A stretch of DNA of 62,885 bases, counting the filler, from Sluysia triapertura (Eukaryota), in NCBI GenBank assembly GCA_046118255.1. It is 5 parts of 5 records of this genome, joined end to end, with 100 filler letters (N's around TTAATTAATTAA, not from the genome) between each part and the next. Parts side by side here need not be neighbours in the genome. Positions count along the whole stretch, not along the records: positions 50,937 to 62,885 come from JBJNIA010153715.1; 4 more parts are not named here. The stretch is one strand, 5' to 3'. The position numbers and the translations under genes were made by a program. Of the stretch, positions 53,755-62,885 are shown in pieces; the stretch's first letter is position 1; each line of letters starts with the position of its first letter. A model generated the notes under the pieces. The model saw only the letters and a program-made list of their open reading frames with translations. It was not told where the DNA came from and searched no databases.

Positions 53755-54206
53755 CAGGTGCCGACTAAGGCTTAGGCAACCCAAGCAGTGCCTAGGTCCC
53801 GTAATTTTTTGAGCCTGAAAATTAGATTTTTAATTTTTATAATTAATTTTTATTTTATTAACGTGATATTAATAATTATTGTTGAAACGTATCCAAATTG
53901 TGCCGAATCGTTGATTGATAAATAACTCTATTAATTATGACAAACAAGTTGACGAGTTTGCAGAATTAAAGTGAGAAAAAAAGTGATATAACTAATCAAT
54001 CTGGGTATATTTGTTTAAGTATTATTGTTTGTTATGTTTATTTAATTTTTGTACATCAATATTATTTTTTCCTTTTTTTTTCTTGGAACCCTATAATTAA
54101 ACAGAACTACATACTACATGCTTAAAAACCAAACTACCAAACGCAAGGTATGTGTCACAACTAAACAATAGGCCCGGAATTACAATGCAGCCTTACTCAG
54201 TCACTG
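53755..54206 (+). mobile_element. Non-autonomous hAT element (452 bp) with 8-bp TSD
   Basis: Identical TATTTAAT flanks (53747-53754, 54207-54214). Imperfect TIRs CAGGTGCCGACTAAGGC and, reverse-complemented, CAGTGACTGAGTAAGGC. Residual transposase C-terminus INYDKQVDEFAELK*. Confidence 0.85.
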
Positions 54207-54832
54207 TATTTAATACAGAAGAAGCGTTTTGTAGATTGAGTTGATACTGTATTTATTGGTTGATTCTTTGTGATATATTATTTACATTCGTTAAATATTA
54301 CGCATTTAAAGAGGTATTCGGTGTAATGAAGATATTTACAAATATTTTGCGCTATTTAAATGATCTTCTAGTGATTTGTTCACATTTAATTTTATTTATT
54401 TTATTGTTTCTTACGAATTATTAAATATTTTTAATTTGAAATTTTTATTTTTTGCTTATAAAAGAATGACAGCAATTATTGGTCCAAAATTAATCTAACA
54501 ATATCATTCATTTATTGGTGGGCTCGTATTTATTAATGATCATCTTTAACTTAATTATATCGTTAAAGTAAAATTGTTCGTGTAGAATATTTCATATATT
54601 TTTCTATCTTCTTTCGTATTCACAAATATTCTTTTTAACTATGCCTTTATTTGAATATTTATTTTTCTCGTCTTTTATTCATAAATCTGAAAAATTACAC
54701 TCTGGGTTGCTTAAAGTCAGATACTTACGATTCCTAGTCGGTTGTTGCATAGGATTTTTGTTGCTTATTTAAAGATCATTGAATAAAGGGTCACTTTCTC
54801 GTTATCTCTGTTTAGGTTATTTTGATCTTATT

Positions 54833-54884
<52 letters not shown>

Positions 54885-54886
<2 letters not shown>

Positions 54887-55893
54887 TGAGAACTGTTAAT
54901 AGCAGAACTGTTAACTCTAACTGCACTATGATTATCAAATGAAACCTGATTGAAAATTATATTTTAATGATAATTTTATTATTTATTTATTTTGGTTATT
55001 GTTCAATATTTATAATTTATTTTATTGTTCAAATGTAAAATATTATTTAAAATATTTATCATTATTATAAAGAATTAAAACTAATAGATTTTGTTATACA
55101 AAAAATTAAAATTTTATTTTTAATTAAAATTTAATTTTAATATATTTTGTTTTACCAAAACAAAATAATTTATTTTGTTTTAATTAGTGAAAATTTAAAT
55201 TTGTAAACACAACATGGCCGATGAAAAATTCTATATAAAAGTCACTGACTTTTTCGGAATTTTTCAATAGCCAGTTGGTAAAAAATTTATTAAACTTCGA
55301 AAAAGAAAACTATGTCCATGAAAGTAAGTTTATATTTGTTAAGTTTTTAAAACTTCTCACCGTAAGAAGGGAGAAGCAAAATCTCACTTAAACTTATTTT
55401 TCGATTTGCTTATACCGTAATACGGATAAGTTAAAATCTGTTTAAAATAAACTAACTAAATTCCTAGAATTTAAGTTAATAAACTTATTATTCATATTAT
55501 ACATTGAGTGTTTTGTTATTTCTCTTTTGTCTTTGTGGTGAATAAAACTTTTTCACTAAAGTTGTTTTGTATTATTACTAAGTATTAATATCATTGTCGA
55601 ACGCTAGACCGTAATAAGGCTAGCTTAATATTATAAAATCACATTTAAAGTTTTCAATAATTAGACCGTAACCGGCTAATTTAATATTTTATTGTTAACA
55701 AGTTAGACCGTAAAAAGGCTAACTAAAAATCATTTAAATTTATTATAATTAAAACATTTGAATAAGCTAAAAATCTTCGTAGGTACTCCTTATTGTGACG
55801 TTTATTTATTCAATTTTTCTCTGTAAATCCTAACAGGCAGCCGTCGTTCTGACTTAAGTCATTTTCTGTTAGGCGAACTCTCTCCAGGTCACA
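54885..55893 (+). mobile_element. LTR-like element (family C, ~1 kb) with TATA box and hairpin array
   Basis: TGTGA...TCACA inverted termini, TATATAAAA at 55232-55240, initiator-like CCAGTT at 55271, AATAAA at 55541. No matching TSD (left flank is an AAT microsatellite). Confidence 0.45.
55353..55724 (+). other. Array of five structurally conserved hairpins (stem / bulged A / CC-GTAA(N2-3)-GG / stem)
   Basis: 55353-55376 CTTCTC-A-CC-GTAAGAA-GG-GAGAAG; 55408-55431 GCTTAT-A-CC-GTAATAC-GG-ATAAGT; 55603-55624 GCTAG-A-CC-GTAATAA-GG-CTAGC; 55659-55681 AATTAG-A-CC-GTAACC-GG-CTAATT; 55701-55724 AGTTAG-A-CC-GTAAAAA-GG-CTAACT. Confidence 0.85.
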
Positions 55894-57373
55894 TTTGCAT
55901 CGAAGTTAGGTGAAAACTCATCTTTGCAGACTATTAATAATAATATTATTGACTATCGACTTTATTCGACTATTAGAAAAGATTTATCGTTGTAATAAAA
56001 TATTGTCGAAAATTTCTATTATTAATTTTATATTTGATAATTATAATTTTTTCAGTATTTTAATATAATATCCCAACAGCAGTACTTTAGCAAAAGTTCA
56101 TTAAAAGATGCCAGAATTAGAAATGTTATTGAAAATGTAAGTTGATGTTAATCAATCAAACAAATCAAGTTTATTCTGCAAACCATCTACATCAACAGAT
56201 ACATTAAATATTTTTCAATCTTGTACAGTACGATACACTAAAAGAAAAATGAAAACCAACTGTAGAATAGGAGTATACAAATATATTAGTCATCTCAGCA
56301 GAATTTTCTACAAAAACATGAATCACCCAAAGTAGTCTCGAGTTACGATCAAAGAAAGTGAAATAAATAGATCAAAATAACAAATGCAAAGTATTACCTG
56401 AAATAGGAAAATAGGATTCTGAATCTAGAAAAGTGCAGCAATTACAAAACAATTAGATTCCTTACAACAAAAGTAACAGTTCGGTGTTGATTCCTTTCAA
56501 TCTTTCGGAAAATGTAGCTCAGTCATTATTTCAAGGCTAAAGGATTATTTGATATGGTTCAGAGAACTATTGAAATAAATACGTATTTTTGATGCAAGTG
56601 GATTCAAACCAAAATAAAAGTGAAGATTGTAACTTTACTTATCTAATAAAACCACATCTATTTATAAAAGTCTATTAAATCTTATAATTTGTGAACTTCA
56701 TTATCGTTTTCTGGTGGCTCATTTAAGCAAAACTTTTTCGTTTTAAATTCGTGCTCATCGTGAAATTTTCTAATTATATGAATTAACATGTAAACAGTTT
56801 CTTCGAAGATCTTCGTATACGCAAAAAGCATATCTTGTTTAATTTGTACATCACTATTATTAAAGGGAGTATCAAGCAATGATTTCTTTACTTTATTTTC
56901 TGACAAAGCTTGTGAATTCAGATCAATTTTATTTACAGATAAAATAAAAAGAAAATTCACTGGATTTATCGAATTCGTTTGTAATGAAAAGTATCATTAT
57001 GACTCAGTAAAACGAATTTTAACCTTGACCTCTTAGAAGCCATAACAATTACAAAAACTGATAGAAATTAAAAAAAAATTAAAGTCTTTACGTTTCAAAT
57101 TAATTTGTGAGTACTACTAAAGAACATTACGTTCTGAAGTGTGCTTTGATTGGTTGTCCAACCAGAGATATATAAAAATAATGCAGAAATCATTCTGGTT
57201 GGACAACCAGTAATAAAGCCATACAAAATTGCTTGAGAAAGAAACCGCTATCAGTGGAGACAGTGATTGAAAATATAGTTTAATGAAGTCACCACTCATA
57301 GTGGTAGTTACTAAATTAAGAGGTTTGATACTGAACTTAATTGGAAATAAAAATGGTAAAAATTAAAAATGGT

Positions 57374-57407
<34 letters not shown>

Positions 57408-57543
57408 TTATTATTATTATTACTATCTTAAAACATAAATTTATTTATTTTATCTGAAACATGAACTTGCTTTTTGAATCTTTATTTTTTCAACATATTA
57501 AACTTATAAAACAGGCGAGCCTTAAAGAATTGTGAGTTTGAAA

Positions 57544-58475
57544 TGTTACGGCCGAATATTATGCAATTTGGGCAAGGTTTTGACATGTAATAGTGATGTT
57601 AATGTTTTAAGGAAATGCGTAAAGTGTTTTAATATAAATTTAACTGTTGTTTTGTGGTTTTAAATGAAGATAAATTTAGGTTTAGGTATTTTGAAGTAAT
57701 ATAAATGTTTTATGTGGACATTAAAATACACCTTGTTTTTTGAAATGAAATAATGTTTTTGGCTAAAGATGAACTTGAGCATTAAAAGGTAATGATTTAA
57801 ATATCTTGAAATAATATAAATATTTAAAATGGATTATAAATTTACATTGGTTTTTGTATGAAAGTAATGTTTAGCTATTTGGAGGTGTGACTTAAAATGC
57901 TTTGGAAAAAAATAGTTTAGTGAATGAAAAGAAGAAAAGTTGTAGTCTAGCTTTTATTATGTTCAAAATGTGATTGTGCTGTGTTGCAAATATGATTTAT
58001 TATCTTGCTACATTTAAGTGAACTTATTTTTTTGCAAGGTTAGAGATTAATTGAAAACAGATCATGAATTTAGAGTATCTGAATTGATTTGAAGGTTTCT
58101 GGTAGTTGATTTCGAATGTAGTTGTGGTTGGATTGTTATGAGGTGTCGAATAAAATATTTCTGATTAATCACTTAATGTAAATTGATGGTATTGTATGTT
58201 ATGAGATTGTATATTTGAAGTGTTTTGAAAAGTGGGAGTTTATTTTGGTGGATCTGAAAAGAAATAAGATATAAAACGGTTGTGACGAATTTTACAAGGT
58301 TGATGTGTGGTGTTAAAAGAATATGATTTTAGTTATATTGAATTAGAATTATATAAAAAAAGTTTTAAATAAATTTTAAAGTGTATATTGTAGATTTTGA
58401 AAGTTTATGTGGTTTTAAAATGTTTAAAATAGAATGTTTAATAAAATTTGTTAAAATTAATGGGTTGGCCACCAC

Positions 58476-58476
<1 letters not shown>
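57544..58476 (-). repeat. Repeat family A copy (left boundary uncertain)
   Basis: Minus-strand start TGTGGTGGCCAACCC at 58476; shares TTTTGGTGGATCTGAAAAGAAAT with other copies; G/T skew on + strand. Confidence 0.55.

Positions 58477-58551
<75 letters not shown>
58477..58551. repeat. (AAT)n microsatellite
   Basis: Pure run; source of the poly-Ile ORFs 58365..58562 and 58381..58602. Similar runs at ~1502-1550, 39321-39366, 54836-54884 and ~57375-57406. Confidence 0.95.
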
Positions 58552-58555
<4 letters not shown>

Positions 58556-61500
58556 CTAACATATTTAATAATTTAATATTTAATTTAATAATTTTAAATT
58601 AAATATATAATACACATTATAATTTGAAAATTAATTTAAAATGATTTGCATAAAAGCATTTTACTAATATTTGAATTATCAGATGATTAATTTCACTTAT
58701 CGAATAATAACGTTATACAGTTAGTTGCATTAAAAATCAATTATAAAAGCCCATTTCCGTTAACGCTAAAAATTGAACAAAACTTTGAGTATTATTTTAT
58801 CTAACACATTTCGTTTAATAATTAATGAAATTATTATTTAATAAATTAAATGTTTTTAATTATTTTTTTAAAATAATTTTACTATAATTTATTTGTTAAA
58901 TTTTTATAACAAATTTATGGTTTTAAACAAAAATTTATAATGAAATTATGGAAGTATTATGCAAGTATAAGAGACGACGTCACTAAATCAATAAATAATA
59001 TAATAATAACTAATATCTCTTATTTATTTATAAAATCGAAAATGTCAATGAATTTAAAGTATGCTTCAATAATTATAAGTAGTAATGAAATGATGATAAA
59101 ATAAATAACTAAATAGTAAATACTTTACACTAAAATAATGATAATGGTTAAAATATAAAAAGAAAATAATATATAAAAATAATCTTTTTTTCATTGATCT
59201 AGAAATAATTTATTGTTAAATGTCAATAAGAGAAAAGTAATGCTGACTTTTATTTCAATAGCTTTTATCTTTTTTGTAATACTTTAGTTTTGTAGTTTGC
59301 ATATAAAATAAACAAAGATGTATGTTTAAAGTTGATGTTAAACATGTTTTATATATAAATGTAATTTTTTGTAATAATTAATATAAAACCTAATAAAAGT
59401 ACATTTTTGATTATATTTTATTGAATATTGAAATTTCGGTTTGATTAAACGTTAGAAAGTGTAATTTTTGTTATCAGAAAACAATAATATTTACAGCGAC
59501 GAAGTTGAAGAGTTCTTAGGTGATACCTTCTATGCACTTTCATTTTAAATTAATTATTTCAAATAATTCTTAATTACTAATATTTTTATTGTTGTTAACT
59601 TACTTTATTTTCCACTGATAGCATCTTCAGTGAGCAAATTTCCATTTCTTAAATTTGTTTATTACTTAGAACATCAACAAATTATGCATAAAAGCAAAAC
59701 ATTCAGTGCGGTTATCGAAACAGCAATAGCTTAGAGATATGCAGAATACATAAGTTTGTTTAGTTGATTTAATAAATGAAGTGAAAATAATTTTATGTAC
59801 TATCAAAATCATAAGTTTCAAATCAGCAATTCAAGGGCTGAACCACGAAATTCTTGAAGTGTGCCACCACTACCACCTATACATAAACGACAGCAGAAAA
59901 GTAAAAAAGGTCGTCGTTCCAGACATTCGTCTCGTGTATAATAATAATACACAAACATTTATTCGTCAATCCTAAGAGAAATCAAATGTTTCTGAATCTT
60001 CAAATCACAAATTAGCTGAAAGTAGTGTTGATAAATAATTTAATTGTATAAACTATCTTAAACTGTTTTAATGTATACTTTTGAAAAACTAATTTAACAG
60101 TGTTAAAGAAAATGTTTTAAATGCTTACTAAAACTTGCATAATTTAGCGCATCATAATTCATGAAACATTGTTTGCTAAAACTTGAAACACATTATCCAA
60201 AGATAAAAATGATATTCAACTAATTTATGAGAATTATAATTAATAAGGCTTACTACGTTTATTACACCTTTTAATTTTAGTTTAAAATATTGATTAAAAC
60301 AGCACAGAAACACTCGAGGGTGATTACGAAATGAAAATTTTATGAACTTGAAGTGAATCATAAAATCAAAGTAACATTAGATTTTCTTTTAACTATTAAG
60401 ATTAATCGATGGTATTTAAGATGCTAAGTAAAATATACATGGACCTAATGTTCTTATCAAAATAAAAATCGATTTCAATCGTCCTGAAAATGGCATTAGT
60501 TTTTATGACAATAATTTTTAAGTTCATGATTTGAAAACTCATTTCGTAAATTAGAATTCACATTGAAATTGTACAAGTAACGCATGGTTTGAAATTATTT
60601 AAATTATTTTTAAGCAATATATTTAGAAATTCAACAAAATTACAAAACGATTAAACTTTAAATTAGATTTTAAAATACTTAATATTATTTAATTTATGAC
60701 TTACTAAATTTAGAAAGTTAATTACCAATAATTTACCTTTTGAATATTTAACTAATGAGTAAACAAAAAATTGCAAAACACAATTCCATTTAAAACAATT
60801 AACTCATAAAGATAACAATTGAAATCAATTAAACTAAATTCACTTTGCCATTTTTACATTTTAATTTTCTTCAATTTTGATAGACTTTGACTAAGCAAAA
60901 TAATAAAAACAAGTTAAGCCTTCATAAAACTAATTAATATTTTCAATTTAGTCAATGACATTGAAAGTATAAGCACACATGCATATATGTATATCAACAT
61001 ACATACATCCATTTATTGTACAATGACTAATCATGAAGATGATAATTATCACTATTATCATTATGAAGTAATAGAAATGAGAAAATTGTCACTGTTAATA
61101 TATCTTACAATACATTATTTATTTATTCTGGTAATCTGCACAATTACTGGTAATACTTTAATAATACAGCTAATAATTATGATAGATCCATTAATTTTTT
61201 ATCCTTACGTAAATCAATGGCTATCTTGATGAATTTTAATTAAAAATCAATACATACACCAGAGTAATAAAGTCTTACAATTATAATTTGACACTTAACT
61301 ATTTTCTTTTTTATACTATGACTTAAGTGGTTATTATTTTATTATTACACTATGAGATTTCACAAACTGTAAAACAATGGAGATCTTTATTACGAAAATC
61401 TTATATAAATTTAATTTAACAACCATAAGCGTTACTACTAAAAACTTAGTAAACCAAATTACATAACCCTGTTTAATTCAGATTAATTTATTATTTAACA

Positions 61501-62885
61501 TTATTTATTCTATCTTGTTTAGAGTTCGATTCAAATATATTCGGGATGCAGATATAATAATGAATAATTATAAATTCATTCCTTAAAAAATGTAAAAAAT
61601 TGTAAAAATAAATAGACATTAATTATTAGCATTAATATGTTTCAATTGAGTAATCTAAATATTCTTAGTTACCTCATCATTAGTTACTACTTACACTAAT
61701 GCTATTAAAATTTTCCAATGAACGATTCATTCTGATCCATGTACTTTCTTCAGGCTTTGATTAAAATTTCAAAACCTTCAGACCGAAAACCATATGATTT
61801 ATTTCCTTTTAGATGTGTCTAAATGAGAGAAGATATGGAAAGTGAAAACACCCAGATTATTCACTGAGTAATATATATGAATTTATTGTTTAGTATATAT
61901 ACTTTTTTCTTGGATTTCTAAGCACACTTTATCTTTATTTTTGTATCATTTTCTACAGAGTGTATATAATTCCAGAGAATGATTAATATCACAACTTTTC
62001 GTGGATTTTATACACACATATATCACAATCATAAACACATTTCATCCCAAATTAACACTTCATACATAAATAAATTACTAAACAGATTACTCAATTCAAA
62101 CAAAACATATACACAGTCGTAATAATTTATACATACTATAATTTTATAATTGTTATCTTAATAACTATTGTCATAATAATACTAAATTGTTGATTTTGTG
62201 ATTGTTGCTGTTGCTGTTACAATTATTTTAACTTATTGTTTCCTTTTTGTATGTATGTACACATGTTTATCTTTATGTAATTAATTTTTTATTATTCTTC
62301 GCATCTTATCATTATTATCCTTGTTTATACATATTTCATTACATTGCCCAAAATTGTTTAACATAAAGATATCTAATTTACAGATTACAGATTTTCAATT
62401 TTTTCTTTTAATATATGAAAATGAAATATTATTAAATTATTATTAAAACTTTATTAAAATTTATATTATTTACATCTATTATTATTTTTGTTTATTATTA
62501 CAGTATTTTGAAAAATATATTAATAATTCATTAACTATAAAAAAATCAATAATAAACTAGCTTTAGACATTTCTTAATGACTATTGCTAAAAATATAATG
62601 AGTTTTGACGAGAACATACCTTATGATGGTTTCTTTCATTTTAAAAATTATTAACTATGGGTGAAAATGTTGATTTATACGTTTTGCGGTTACGAGTTGA
62701 ACACCATTTTATGGGGGAAAAAGTTAGTTTATATGGTTTGTTGTTATGAGTTAGACACCATAATATGGTATAAGATAGACTCGAGGGCGTTAAATTAGAC
62801 AATGTAAGAAGGTAATAGTTGATTTTAAACTTTGAAAACTTACATTCATTTTTATTGTTCGTATGTAATAATATTTTATGAACGA

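Noticed and set aside
55353-55724. CRISPR-like array (repeated ACCGTAA motif with unique spacers)
   Set aside because: The shared core is only ~9 nt, spacing is irregular, the context is eukaryotic and no cas genes are present; better described as a structural hairpin array.
55894-55910. Primer-binding site (TGCATCG, tRNA-Gly-like) after the family C LTR-like element
   Set aside because: It lacks the TGG start and matches only 7 nt; too weak to call.
58365-58602. Poly-Ile ORFs (also 1387..1578)
   Set aside because: Translation of (AAT)n microsatellites.

Overview
Very AT-rich eukaryotic (metazoan-like, probably invertebrate) genomic DNA with some very short spliceosomal introns (33-37 nt). 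The window is not one continuous locus. Four artificial 100-bp spacers (N-run + TTAATTAATTAA + N-run) join five unrelated scaffolds of about 11-16 kb, and there is one ordinary N gap. Host genes: the 5' six exons of an ERp72/PDIA4-type protein disulfide isomerase, two exons of an M16A insulysin/nardilysin-like peptidase, two exons of 6-phosphogluconate dehydrogenase, a secreted C-type lectin, and a disrupted intronless coiled-coil+Rab (RASEF/CRACR2A-like) pseudogene. The rest is largely decayed mobile DNA: pogo/Tc2, piggyBac and hAT non-autonomous elements with TIRs and mostly intact TSDs, a Tc1 transposase remnant, L2/CR1-like LINE 3' ends, two RLE-type non-LTR remnants, a Ty3/gypsy pol remnant and several LTR families. 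Most notable: (1) five covarying 'stem / bulged A / CC-GUAA(N2-3)-GG / stem' hairpins downstream of a TATA box inside an LTR-like element; (2) an RT-deleted NeSL/Utopia-like RLE retroelement whose 3' end abuts the 3' half of a tRNA-Ala-like gene; (3) a chuvirus-like (class III-type) envelope glycoprotein fragment between two divergent LTR-like ends. All family assignments are motif recognition by eye, not database searches.
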